Assembly (NCBI GenBank): GCA_050948785.1
Contig: JBMNEM010000004.1
Coordinates: 68,288 to 132,287, forward strand
Source: Dethiobacteria bacterium
GTDB taxonomy: Bacteria > Bacillota > Dethiobacteria > DTU022 > UBA8154
Length of the DNA stretch: 64,000 nucleotides
Direction of reading: 5' to 3'
In this document: positions 10,937 through 20,385 of the stretch, one piece after another
How positions within the stretch are numbered: position 1 is the first letter of the stretch
How the letters are laid out: the number at the start of each line of letters is the position of its first letter
Made by a program: the position numbers and the translations under genes
Notes under the pieces: model-generated
Databases searched by the model: none
Seen by the model: the letters and a program-made list of their open reading frames with translations, nothing else
Told to the model about the DNA's origin: nothing

Positions 10937-12337
10937 CTAATCAACGAAAATAAAGCGTTCCAAACTAAAGTTTAGAGGAAATTGTTCTACTTTAATTAAA
11001 TCGGCACTAAAAGGAATATAGCGCTCCTCCTGCTTAGCATAGTGAAAATCCAGCAAAACAAGGCTAAAATTAATCTCCAGATTTTGAATGCCCCGAATCC
11101 CGGAAGCACCGGTTGTACCAGCATTTATTTCAATATATTCTTTATTTTTTTTGACAAAAGGTTTATGCTGGTGCCCCCCTAAAAGTAAATTGCCGTCCTT
11201 ACGCAGATATTCAAATGAATCGGGGTTATGAGCGGCAATTATAGCAGCTTCCCCGCTACTGGCCACGTTCTCTGCTAATTTTCGAGCTTTTTCCTCTACC
11301 AGGGTTTCATCTAAAACAGACGGGGCAATTGAAGACGATGCGGGGTCCGCTAGACCTACTATCTTCAAACCCGCTATTTCAATTTCACCATCTTCCAGTA
11401 CAGTAATATTCTCCATTTTTTTTAGTTGTTCCACAACTAACATAGATTCATGATTCCCCGGAATGAAGATATAGGGAACATTAATTTCTCCAAAAAACCG
11501 GGAAAAAAGCTCCAGTTCCAGCCCTGTTCCATAATCCACCATATCCCCTGTATCAATAATCAGCTCCACATTGAAAGTATCGACAATACGCCGGATAAAG
11601 TCAAAAGCTGCCGGGTTATTATGAATATCGGAAACATGAAGAACTTTGATCGTATCCTGATTATTATCCAATAATGTATTTCTTTCTACTTCCTTTTCTA
11701 AAAAAGAGATACTTTCCACTACCTCCGCAAACTGAATCCCGATATTTTCAATAATACCCGCCCCCTCTTGAAGAACATGCAAAACCCAGGGAGCGGCCTC
11801 CAGCACCCCTTGGTATTCGGCTTCTAAAAATGCCGCCGTATTATAGGAGAAAAAGGCGGCAGAAAAAAACATCAATAATACCAGTAAATTTATTAAGCCC
11901 ATCAAAAACATTTCTTTTTTGCTCACGCGCCGGCGTGTCCACAACAGTGTGCTGACCATACCCAATAGAAAAACCAAAAATAAAAGAAAGACCAGATATT
12001 TAATCATGCTTATTTTTATTTCCTGGAACAGTTCTCCTGACCAAAAACCTTCCGGTGAGATGTTTTTTGTCAACTCGGTCAATTCTTTCGAATGAATGTT
12101 TTTTAGCACCAGGTGAAAATCAAGGGGGGGCATATGGGTGGAAGCGACCAGTTTTCCCAGGGGAGGAAAGTAAATAAACGTGCGACCTTTACCCCAAAGC
12201 TTCAGGCTGGCTTCAAATTCAAACGCGCCGGTAGAAAAACTGACCGGGCTTAAAAACTGTATGACTATCAGCATCAACAAGAGACCGGAAAAGATTTTTA
12301 AAACAGTAGTATTAAATAGCTTCTTTTTTAAATTCAT
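10937..12337 (-). CDS. membrane-anchored calcineurin-like metallophosphoesterase
   Basis: 466 aa. The N-terminal half has several TM helices. The C-terminal half carries MPE motifs: VSDIHNN, GDMVDYG, GNHES, GGHQH. Its start at 12337 overlaps the upstream FtsH-like gene by 26 nt. Confidence 0.7.
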   Translation of the reverse strand: MNLKKKLFNTTVLKIFSGLLLMLIVIQFLSPVSFSTGAFEFEASLKLWGKGRTFIYFPPLGKLVASTHMPPLDFHLVLKNIHSKELTELTKNISPEGFWSGELFQEIKISMIKYLVFLLFLVFLLGMVSTLLWTRRRVSKKEMFLMGLINLLVLLMFFSAAFFSYNTAAFLEAEYQGVLEAAPWVLHVLQEGAGIIENIGIQFAEVVESISFLEKEVERNTLLDNNQDTIKVLHVSDIHNNPAAFDFIRRIVDTFNVELIIDTGDMVDYGTGLELELFSRFFGEINVPYIFIPGNHESMLVVEQLKKMENITVLEDGEIEIAGLKIVGLADPASSSIAPSVLDETLVEEKARKLAENVASSGEAAIIAAHNPDSFEYLRKDGNLLLGGHQHKPFVKKNKEYIEINAGTTGASGIRGIQNLEINFSLVLLDFHYAKQEERYIPFSADLIKVEQFPLNFSLERFIFVD

Positions 12338-13823
12338 CTTTCTTCCCCGTTCCGAGAAGACTGCGCAGGTATTTTCCTTCGATTCTTTCCTTTTCCACTA
12401 AATAACAGGCTGCTTTTTTAATCAAGTTTTTATATTTTATAATTATGTTCCGCACACTTTCTTCCTGAACCTTGAGAATTTCTTTCAAACCCTCATGCAG
12501 AGTGCCGCCGGGTAGGTCCTTAATGCTCACAATCCCCAGGGAGGACATACCGGATTTAATTATTTTTTTAGCCAATTCCACAGCCTGTTGAAAATCGTTG
12601 GCCGCACCGGTACTGCGGCTACCAAGAAGTTCCTCCTCACTTATGGCCCCGCCAAGCAAAACAGCAATTTGTCCTTCCAGGTACTCTTTAGTATAAATAT
12701 AGCTGTCCTCTTCCGGTGTTTGCCGGACATAACCCATCGCTTTCCCCCGGGGTATGATTGTAATCGTGGAAACAGAGCCGGGCCGGAGGTGTTCACTGAT
12801 CAGGGCATGTCCTATTTCATGGATAGCAATACGCTGACATTCATCTTTTCCCGGCCGGCGATCCAGCTTTTCTCCCATGATGACTTTATCGAGGGATTCA
12901 CAAAAATGCTTCTTTTGAAGGATTTTGGATTTTTCCCGGAGAGCAGCGATAGCGGCTTCATTGGCCAGGCTTTCCAAATGGGCCCCGGAAAAACCAAAAG
13001 TATCAGCGGCAATTTTCCGTAATTGAACGTCTGTAGCCAAAGGCTTATTACGCGTATGCAGCTTTAAGATCTGCAGTCTTCCTTCAAAATCGGGAAGCTC
13101 AACTTGCACAATGCGGTCAAAACGGCCCGGACGTAATAAAGCACTATCCAGAAGATCCGGTCTGTTTGTGGCTCCAATTAATAAAATACAGATCTGATCA
13201 TCCAGGCTGAGGCCGTCCATCTCAACCAAGAGCTGATTTAACGTTTGCTCGTGTTCCAGATGAGAAGAGCTGCTGCGCCCCCGGCTGGCCCCTAAAATAT
13301 CTATTTCATCAATAAAAATAATAGCACTTTTTTTTGCTTTTTTCCGGGCAGCATTTTTGGCCTGCTGAAAGATTTGCCGAACCCTTTGGGCACCCACACC
13401 GGCATACATCTCAATAAACTCGCTCCCGGCTGCAGAAATAAAGGCGGAATTAGTATGGGAAGCGGCAGCTTTGGCCAGCAATGTTTTGCCTGTTCCCGGC
13501 GGTCCGACCAGAAGAATGCCTTTTAAAGGCCTTATACCCATCAGATCAATCTTTTCCGGCTCTCGAATAAAGTCAAGTGCTTCGAGCAGTTCTCTCTTTG
13601 CAAAGTTTTGTCCACCAATATCGCTAAAATTTATACCGGTTCTAGATTTGGAATCGTGAACATTCAAAGGAGCAAATTGTTTAATTCCCCCTTTACTATC
13701 AAATATCTTATAAAGGAGAAAAAATAACCCTAAAGCAAATAAAACGGGATAAACATTGTAACCCAGCCAAAACAAACCGGCGATTACTCCGAGAACAACT
13801 CCCGCACCAATCTCTTTAAGCAT
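12312..13823 (-). CDS. short FtsH-family AAA+ zinc metalloprotease paralog
   Basis: 503 aa. It has two adjacent N-terminal TM helices with no periplasmic domain, the AAA Walker A LLVGPPGTGKT, and the M41 zinc site AIHEIGHAL. Confidence 0.8.
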   Translation of the reverse strand: MLKEIGAGVVLGVIAGLFWLGYNVYPVLFALGLFFLLYKIFDSKGGIKQFAPLNVHDSKSRTGINFSDIGGQNFAKRELLEALDFIREPEKIDLMGIRPLKGILLVGPPGTGKTLLAKAAASHTNSAFISAAGSEFIEMYAGVGAQRVRQIFQQAKNAARKKAKKSAIIFIDEIDILGASRGRSSSSHLEHEQTLNQLLVEMDGLSLDDQICILLIGATNRPDLLDSALLRPGRFDRIVQVELPDFEGRLQILKLHTRNKPLATDVQLRKIAADTFGFSGAHLESLANEAAIAALREKSKILQKKHFCESLDKVIMGEKLDRRPGKDECQRIAIHEIGHALISEHLRPGSVSTITIIPRGKAMGYVRQTPEEDSYIYTKEYLEGQIAVLLGGAISEEELLGSRSTGAANDFQQAVELAKKIIKSGMSSLGIVSIKDLPGGTLHEGLKEILKVQEESVRNIIIKYKNLIKKAACYLVEKERIEGKYLRSLLGTGKKDEFKKEAI

Positions 13824-13968
13824 GCATTGACCTCCAAAGTAAAAGGATTAGTATAAAAATGGGCAGCTTTTGCTGCTTCCAAAGAACAGCAGTAAAATCT
13901 AAACTAAAACCGGCCTTTTTCATCCATATTTGGGACTCTCAGGGTCGTAGCAGGCCTTAAGCGTGCCC

Positions 13969-14026
13969 TGTTTACATAATACATTTACATAAATGCATTA
14001 TAACAAAGATCACTTCTTAAAAGCAA
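13969..14026 (-). promoter_or_regulatory. second copy of the same promoter/operator module, upstream of the FtsH-like gene
   Basis: On the minus strand: TTGCTT (revcomp of 14021-14026), 18 nt, then TATAAT (revcomp of 13997-14002). It is followed by CATTTATGTAAAT-gt-ATTATGTAAAC (13969-13996). This is closely similar to the 14672-14735 module. Confidence 0.5.
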
Positions 14027-14114
14027 ACCCAAAACCCTTTTACATCCCTGCAACATATAAAGCAGGCCTTCGCTTTTTATAAAAAGTAAAGGACTTTACG
14101 GCCTTATTCTCATC

Positions 14115-14657
14115 CTACCCGGCATAACCGGTTTCCACAGCATATTTTACCGGAATCACCTCATAAAGGGTACTCTTGGAGGTTGCTAACAACAAGTAGA
14201 TTCTTTTTTGATCTACCCAGAGCCGGTAGTTTTTTAAACTTTCTTCCTGTTTCAGCTGCTCAAAAATTTCCTCGCTCATGGCACTATAGTTGCCGAGTCT
14301 TTCCCCTTCCATGAGGGCAAAATGTATTTTACCGTAAACTGACTCCAAATAAGGATCTCTGTTATCAGCAAGAGTTATTTTAAAGGAATCCTGCCCGTAG
14401 GTTGAAATCAGAATCTCTTCAATATGATTGTAGGTTTTTGGCAGATTCTCCACTTCGTTTAAGGTGATACAAACTTCCGTTTCTTTGCGGCCGCCATTCA
14501 TTAACTTAACATCGCTAACCCCTTCAATTTTCAAAAGCGCTTCTGCTAACGGCTCCCTGATTAGACGCTGCTGGTGCCAGAAGTTAACGGCATAGATACA
14601 ACCAAATGTAATCAAAAACACCAGAAAGGCAAGCACATATTTCGAGGAAATGCGCAA
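14115..14657 (-). CDS. hypothetical membrane-anchored protein
   Basis: 180 aa starting at a TTG at 14657, with GGAG 9 nt upstream. It has a single N-terminal TM and a soluble domain with no recognisable motif. Confidence 0.45.
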   Translation of the reverse strand: MRISSKYVLAFLVFLITFGCIYAVNFWHQQRLIREPLAEALLKIEGVSDVKLMNGGRKETEVCITLNEVENLPKTYNHIEEILISTYGQDSFKITLADNRDPYLESVYGKIHFALMEGERLGNYSAMSEEIFEQLKQEESLKNYRLWVDQKRIYLLLATSKSTLYEVIPVKYAVETGYAG

Positions 14658-14705
14658 ATTAATCAGCTCCGTGTTGACATAATGTATTTACATAATGTGC
14701 TTTCC

Positions 14706-14735
14706 ATTATAACAAAAAACCTGCCTGCAAGGCAA
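14706..14735 (-). promoter_or_regulatory. sigmaA-type promoter for the 14115-14657 gene, followed by a tandem direct-repeat operator
   Basis: On the minus strand: TTGCCT (revcomp of 14730-14735), an 18-nt spacer, then TATAAT (revcomp of 14706-14711). Immediately downstream lie the tandem repeats CATTATGTAAAT-ac-ATTATGTCAAC (14672-14705). Confidence 0.5.
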
Positions 14736-14736
14736 T

Positions 14737-14762
14737 AAAAAAACCCGCCTTACGGCAGGATA
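14737..14762 (-). terminator. intrinsic terminator downstream of rimO
   Basis: Minus strand reads CCTGCC-gtaa-GGCGGG followed by TTTTTTT. A second weaker hairpin plus T6 follows. Confidence 0.5.
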
Positions 14763-14866
14763 AAAATGACATCCCTATCATGGAACAAACATTGTATTTC
14801 ATATTTTTTCCCGGATTACAACAGGAACCAGGAAAATACGGATTAAAGTTAATTTATTTGCTGTAT

Positions 14867-16204
14867 TCATAAGTTCATTTTCTCTCCCATTAAATCATAT
14901 GTTCCCACCCCGGTAATTTTTACCCGCAAAAAATCCCCTGGTTTAACTGCAGAGGCTCTACCGATTATTACTTGTCCATCCACTTCCGGGGCCTGGGAAA
15001 TCATTCTCCCCCGGGCACTTTTTCTTTCCCTGGAATAAGCATCAACAAGCACTTCGACCTCCTGTCCCAACAAAGACCGGTTAAAGCTCCGGGAGATCAC
15101 TTTTTGTTGCTCCATAATTTTTCTCCATCTTTGTACCGCTGTTTCCTTTTTTACCCTGGAGGGCAGTTCAAAAGCAGCGGCCCCTCTTTCCGGGGAAAAA
15201 GAAAAAGCACCCAGCCTTTCAAAAGGATATTTACGTAAAAAGGTCAGGAGCTCGGCAAATTCTTCCTCTCCTTCTCCGGGGAAACCGGTCATTACGGTTG
15301 TACGCAGGACAACCTCAGGCATGAGTGCACGCACCTTGTTATAAAGAAAAATAATTTCTTCCCGGCTGGTTTTTCTCCCCATCAGGCGGAGAATTTTATT
15401 ATTGATATGCTGGATGGGAAGATCAAGATATTTGCATATTTTGGGCTCTTGCTGCACCACATTGAGTAGATCATCTGTAATGTGTGCCGGGTGCAGATAT
15501 AAAAGCCTGATCCACTTGATATCCTTAATTTTACAGAGCCGCCGGAGCAGCTCCCCCAGCATAAATTTCCCGTATAAATCCAGGCCATAGGCCGTGATAT
15601 CCTGGGCAATTAATATTATTTCCCGGGCACCAAGTTTTTGGACACCGTGCACTTCAGAAATAATATCATCAATACTTTTACTGCGCAGTTTACCTCTTAA
15701 AAAGGGAATCAAGCAATAAGAGCACCTGTTATCACATCCATCGGCGATTTTGATATAAACACTGTGCGGAGAGCGGCTTAAAAAACGGCTGTTTGATGGT
15801 AAAGCAGGAGATTTAACAGTATGAATACGAGGAAAAAATACACTTTCGAGCAGGCGCGGCAGCAAACGGTACTGTTTAACCGGAACAAACAAATCTGCTT
15901 CCGGAATTTTAGCTTTGATTTCATGTGGAGTAAAATATTGAACAAGGCAGCCGGCCACAACGATCTTTGACAATTTATTCTTTGGGGATCTTTTAATTTT
16001 CCCCATTTCCTTGATTATTTCAAAGGCTTCCCGGCGGGCTTCGTGCAGAAAAGCACAGGTATTGATCACAACAAAATCGGAATCGGCAATCTGCGGGGCT
16101 AAACGGCAACCTTCCCGGATCAGATTTCCCATAATCTCTTCCGAATCAACCAAATTTTTAGCACAACCAAGAGATATAAAACTAAACGTCATGTTTTTCA
16201 GCAT
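14867..16204 (-). CDS. rimO: MiaB-family radical SAM methylthiotransferase, most likely ribosomal protein S12 methylthiotransferase
   Basis: 445 aa with the MTTase N-terminal domain (SLGCAKN), a radical SAM core, and a C-terminal TRAM-like domain. The position next to rodZ matches clostridial synteny. Confidence 0.75.
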   Translation of the reverse strand: MLKNMTFSFISLGCAKNLVDSEEIMGNLIREGCRLAPQIADSDFVVINTCAFLHEARREAFEIIKEMGKIKRSPKNKLSKIVVAGCLVQYFTPHEIKAKIPEADLFVPVKQYRLLPRLLESVFFPRIHTVKSPALPSNSRFLSRSPHSVYIKIADGCDNRCSYCLIPFLRGKLRSKSIDDIISEVHGVQKLGAREIILIAQDITAYGLDLYGKFMLGELLRRLCKIKDIKWIRLLYLHPAHITDDLLNVVQQEPKICKYLDLPIQHINNKILRLMGRKTSREEIIFLYNKVRALMPEVVLRTTVMTGFPGEGEEEFAELLTFLRKYPFERLGAFSFSPERGAAAFELPSRVKKETAVQRWRKIMEQQKVISRSFNRSLLGQEVEVLVDAYSRERKSARGRMISQAPEVDGQVIIGRASAVKPGDFLRVKITGVGTYDLMGEKMNL

Positions 16205-16214
16205 TTGAATAAAC

Positions 16215-17027
16215 TCATTCTTTTCTGATGATAATATTCACGGAATTGGTAAACCTGGTCAGATTGTCGATCTCCAAACCGTTGACCTTTATCCTGGCGG
16301 CCGGAGGGTTCCCCAAGCGGATCAAGGTTTCCTGGGCGTCCCCCAGGCTTTTACTTTCACCGGCGTAAAAATTTTTTTCTTCAACCTTTATCCCATCCTG
16401 TAAAATCCTGACCCAACAGTTGCCCGGAAAATCCAGGATGACCTCTTTTTGCTCTACTCCGCTAAGTGCATAAATTACTTCGCCTCTGTCCTCCGCTATT
16501 TTAACTAATTCCTTTACTTCTTCTTCCGGTTTTTCAGCGGAAACAACATCCTGCGGAGCCGGTTCTTCCTGTTTTTCTACATCTTCGAGGAGATAACCTT
16601 CCGGGTAGGGTGCTTTTGTTTCTTTTTTAGAACCCTGCCCGTAAAGATACCAAATACTGCCACCAACAACAAAAGTTAACAAGATAATCCAGATTAACGC
16701 CACGCTGGGAAAAGGTTTCTTTTCTTTGCAGCTAAAAAAGATACTTTGCTCCTTTTTCGTCTTGTTCCGATCATTTTTTACCTCAAAATTATACTTTTCT
16801 TTAAACTGGCTGTAAAGAGAAAGAATCTCGCTGACATTGATGCCGACTGCCTGGGCATAATTTCGCAAGGCCCCTTTGATATATATTTCTCCGGAAAATA
16901 AGGAGAAATCCCCTTCCTCCAGGGCACTTAAATATTTTTTTTGAATTTTCGTCTCCCTGCTGATATCATCCAGGGTCAGACCTTTTTCCTCGCGGACTTC
17001 CCGGAGCAATTTACCGATTTCCTCCAT
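16215..17027 (-). CDS. rodZ: RodZ-like cytoskeleton protein (XRE HTH + TM + DUF4115-type C-terminal domain)
   Basis: N-terminal HTH (LGKLLREVREEKGLTLDDISRETKIQKKYLSALEEGDF), a central TM, and a C-terminal beta-rich domain. Confidence 0.7.
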   Translation of the reverse strand: MEEIGKLLREVREEKGLTLDDISRETKIQKKYLSALEEGDFSLFSGEIYIKGALRNYAQAVGINVSEILSLYSQFKEKYNFEVKNDRNKTKKEQSIFFSCKEKKPFPSVALIWIILLTFVVGGSIWYLYGQGSKKETKAPYPEGYLLEDVEKQEEPAPQDVVSAEKPEEEVKELVKIAEDRGEVIYALSGVEQKEVILDFPGNCWVRILQDGIKVEEKNFYAGESKSLGDAQETLIRLGNPPAARIKVNGLEIDNLTRFTNSVNIIIRKE

Positions 17028-17054
17028 TTTATCTCCCCCCAGGCTACTTTTACT

Positions 17055-19439
17055 CTACGTCTTTTTATTTCCTTCTTTTATACTGATCATCGCCTGTTCC
17101 CTGTTCATCAAAACCTTACGCGGTTTGCTCCCCTCATGTTTGCCAACAACACCAAAGCGTTCCAGTTCGTCAATCAGGCGTCCTGCCCGCGTATAGCCCA
17201 CCCGGAACCTCCTCTGGACCAGTGAGATGGAGGCATGTCCCGTCTGGATGATGAGCTCAACTACCTCCGGCAGTAAGGGGTCACTTTTTTCCTTTTCTTC
17301 CTCTACAGAAATTGCCTCGTTCTCTTCTACATTAAAAAACAATGACTCCTGATACAGGGGACTTCCTTGCTGCTTAATGAATTCAATAATCGTGGAGATA
17401 TCTTTTTCACTGATAAAAGCCCCCTGGACGCGCAAGGGCTTATGCAATCCGATGGGATAGTAAAGCATATCGCCTCTACCCAAAAGCTTTTCGGCCCCTC
17501 CTACGTCCAAAATAGTCCGGGAATCTATTTGCGAAGATACGGCAAAAGCAATGCGGGAGGTAATATTGGCTTTAATCAATCCCGTGATAATGTCCACAGA
17601 GGGCCGCTGTGTGGCAATAATCAGATGTATCCCCGCCGCTCTGGACATCTGCGACAATCTAACGATAGAATCCTCCACTTCAGAAGGAGCAACCATCATC
17701 AAATCAGCCAGCTCATCGATGATTACAACAATATAAGGGAGCCTCTCACCGGGAGCATCGCTTTCGTTGTTCTGACAGAGTTCGTTATACCTGCCAATGT
17801 CCCTGACACCCTGCCGGGCAAAAAGATCATACCTTCTGATCATCTCCTTGACCATGCCACGTAAAGCCACAGCTGCTTTCTTAGGCTCAGTGATCACCGG
17901 AGAAAGAAGATGGGGGACACCATTGTAGATATTGAGTTCCACCAGTTTCGGGTCAATCAATAAAAATTTTACTGCCCCGGGGTTTGCTTTGAAAAGGATA
18001 CTGCAAATAATGGTATTGATACAGACACTTTTACCGGAGCCGGTAGAACCGGCAATTAAAAGGTGCGGCATTTTTAAAAGATCGGCGAAAATTGAAACAC
18101 CGGCAATATCTTTACCCAGCCCGATCGTCAAAGGAGAAGAGGAAGACTGAAAATAAGGATCTTCCAAGACTTCTTTCAAGTAAACTACAGAAATAATTTT
18201 GTTGGGAACCTCGATACCAATTGCCGCCTTGCCTGGAATAGGGGCCTCGATGCGGACATCAGGAGCAGCCAGGTTAAGCGCCAGATCATCACTTAAACTT
18301 AAAATCTTACTAACTTTCACACCTGTCTCCGGTTGTATCTCAAAACGTGTTACAGCAGGCCCGGCCTGGATCTCTTTTATTTTGACGTTTACACCAAAGC
18401 TTGCCAAAGTGTTTTCCAAAGATCTGGCCCTTTCCAGAATCACTTTCTGTTGCTGCTGATCGCGCAACTTGTTAATCTTGGTTAAAAGATCAAGGGACGG
18501 AATTTGATAACTCTGAAATGGTGCTAATTCCTGGTTGGAATAGGGGGTAAAGCCGTTATCTCCTTGCTCCTCTGCCGAAAAGATCTCATTTTCTGCTGCT
18601 GTTATTTGCTGGTTTAAAGACTCTTTAACATTATGATAAACATTGATGACCGGATTTTCTTCCCTTTCCTCTTTCTTCTTTTTATCCTTATCCTTTTCCT
18701 CTTTCTCTTCTTCCATTACGCTGATTTCAAAATTGCTGTATTCTTTTACTGGATAATTTTCGACAGAGACCTCCTTGCTTCCTTCCCCGGGGAAAAAAGC
18801 AAGGGAATTTATTATTAACTGACGAATAAACTGAAAAGATGTTTTGCTTAAACGCATTACACTGCCGAAAATCTCCGTCAAGGAACGGTTTGTAATCAAC
18901 AATAAAGCGATAACACCAAGCGCACTGATAACGATATAACTGCCTATATCTTTAAAAAAGAAGAAAAGCACAATAGTTAAAACAGCACCGATTAGGCCTC
19001 CCCCTTGCTGCTGCCATCCAAGGGAGAGTGTCGCACGATAAAAATTATCCCGGGCAAGAACATCAAGCTCCTGTAAAACAAGCATTAAGTGCAAAGTGAT
19101 CGCCAGCAGAAATAAGAGAAGTAAAAGACCCGCGAAACGATAACGCCGGTTTTCAATTTTCAAAGGACAGAGATGACTTAAGGCAATCGCTCCTAACAAA
19201 AAGGGAAAGGCCAGCGCAGCTTCGCCGAGTATCGTACGAAAAAAATAATTTAACAATAGGCCTAAATACCCTGTTTGCGTAGTAAATTGAATCCCGGCGA
19301 GTATAAAGACCGCTAGGGCGAGCCATAAAATGGCTTTAATCTGGCTGCTGATTGTTTTACTCTGTACGTTTTTTTGTTTTTTGAGCTTTTTATGTCTGGT
19401 TCCAATTTTTTTATTTATCTTCATGTATAACTTTGGCAC
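17055..19439 (-). CDS. ftsK: DNA translocase FtsK/SpoIIIE
   Basis: 794 aa. It has an N-terminal polytopic membrane domain, a linker, an ATPase domain (GSTGSGKS Walker A) and a C-terminal gamma winged helix. Confidence 0.95.
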   Translation of the reverse strand: MPKLYMKINKKIGTRHKKLKKQKNVQSKTISSQIKAILWLALAVFILAGIQFTTQTGYLGLLLNYFFRTILGEAALAFPFLLGAIALSHLCPLKIENRRYRFAGLLLLLFLLAITLHLMLVLQELDVLARDNFYRATLSLGWQQQGGGLIGAVLTIVLFFFFKDIGSYIVISALGVIALLLITNRSLTEIFGSVMRLSKTSFQFIRQLIINSLAFFPGEGSKEVSVENYPVKEYSNFEISVMEEEKEEKDKDKKKKEEREENPVINVYHNVKESLNQQITAAENEIFSAEEQGDNGFTPYSNQELAPFQSYQIPSLDLLTKINKLRDQQQQKVILERARSLENTLASFGVNVKIKEIQAGPAVTRFEIQPETGVKVSKILSLSDDLALNLAAPDVRIEAPIPGKAAIGIEVPNKIISVVYLKEVLEDPYFQSSSSPLTIGLGKDIAGVSIFADLLKMPHLLIAGSTGSGKSVCINTIICSILFKANPGAVKFLLIDPKLVELNIYNGVPHLLSPVITEPKKAAVALRGMVKEMIRRYDLFARQGVRDIGRYNELCQNNESDAPGERLPYIVVIIDELADLMMVAPSEVEDSIVRLSQMSRAAGIHLIIATQRPSVDIITGLIKANITSRIAFAVSSQIDSRTILDVGGAEKLLGRGDMLYYPIGLHKPLRVQGAFISEKDISTIIEFIKQQGSPLYQESLFFNVEENEAISVEEEKEKSDPLLPEVVELIIQTGHASISLVQRRFRVGYTRAGRLIDELERFGVVGKHEGSKPRKVLMNREQAMISIKEGNKKT

Positions 19440-19502
19440 CTCATTAAAGTTGATATTTTGACATTTAATCTGTGAGCCTTTTTAAAGGCTGGGAGGCCAT
19501 TC

Positions 19503-20300
19503 CTAGAAAGCAGATAATAAACAGGAACCCACTATCGTTAACAGGCCCAAACACCAGCAGTAATAAGCCATATAATAAAATCGGCCTTCTTCTAAAAGTT
19601 TAACAAAAAGAGTAATGGCAAAAACCCCCGAGATAAAAGCAACCAGCGTAGCAACAATATAAGGGTAAATGATTTCCAGATTGGCAGTAACCTTTAAAAA
19701 ATCTTTTAGTTCTAACAATGTTGCTCCGGCAATAACCGGCAAGGCTAGTATAAAGGAGTAGCGAACCGCGGTTTCCCTGTCCAGCCCCCTCCAAAGGGCA
19801 CCAAGGATTGTGGAACCGGAACGCGTGATGCCGGGGATAATTGCTATTCCTTGAAAAATACCGATCACCAGGGCATCCTGAATTTTCATTTTATTGATAC
19901 CCTTAAACTTAATCTCCGCTTTGGAGATCGCCAGAACTATACAACCGGTTACCAATAACGCCAAGCCCACCAGAAGAGGCCGGTCAAATATACTCGTAAA
20001 AAATGTGCCCCATAGAATCCCCATGATCCCTGTGGGAATGAGGCCCCAAAACAAAAGCATGCCAAACCTTTTTTCCTCCGCATTGGAGAAAAACCCTGTC
20101 AACAGTTTCAAAATATCCCGGCGAAAAACCCAAACAATCGAAAGCAGCGTGCCAAAATGGACCATGACCTCCAAAGTTACCCCGGGCTGTTTAATACCCA
20201 AAAAATACTGGGCGATAACAAGATGCCCGGAACTGCTTACCGGTAAAAATTCAGTTAAACCCTGCAATAAACCAAGCCCGATAGCCTCCCAGTAGCTCAT
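19503..20300 (-). CDS. uppP: undecaprenyl-diphosphate phosphatase
   Basis: 265 aa: MSYWEAIGLGLLQGLTEFLPVSSSGHL..., which matches the BacA/UppP signature. Confidence 0.9.
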   Translation of the reverse strand: MSYWEAIGLGLLQGLTEFLPVSSSGHLVIAQYFLGIKQPGVTLEVMVHFGTLLSIVWVFRRDILKLLTGFFSNAEEKRFGMLLFWGLIPTGIMGILWGTFFTSIFDRPLLVGLALLVTGCIVLAISKAEIKFKGINKMKIQDALVIGIFQGIAIIPGITRSGSTILGALWRGLDRETAVRYSFILALPVIAGATLLELKDFLKVTANLEIIYPYIVATLVAFISGVFAITLFVKLLEEGRFYYMAYYCWCLGLLTIVGSCLLSAF

Positions 20301-20385
20301 AAAATAATTTTCCCCCTGTGCCGTATTTTTCTTTTATTTAGATCCGCAGCTGATTGTTTTGCCTGAAAATCCCCAACCGGAATAT

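Noticed and set aside
17367-18459. Plus-strand ORFs (61-165 aa) inside ftsK
   Set aside because: They are antisense to a well-conserved ftsK ATPase domain, so I call them spurious.
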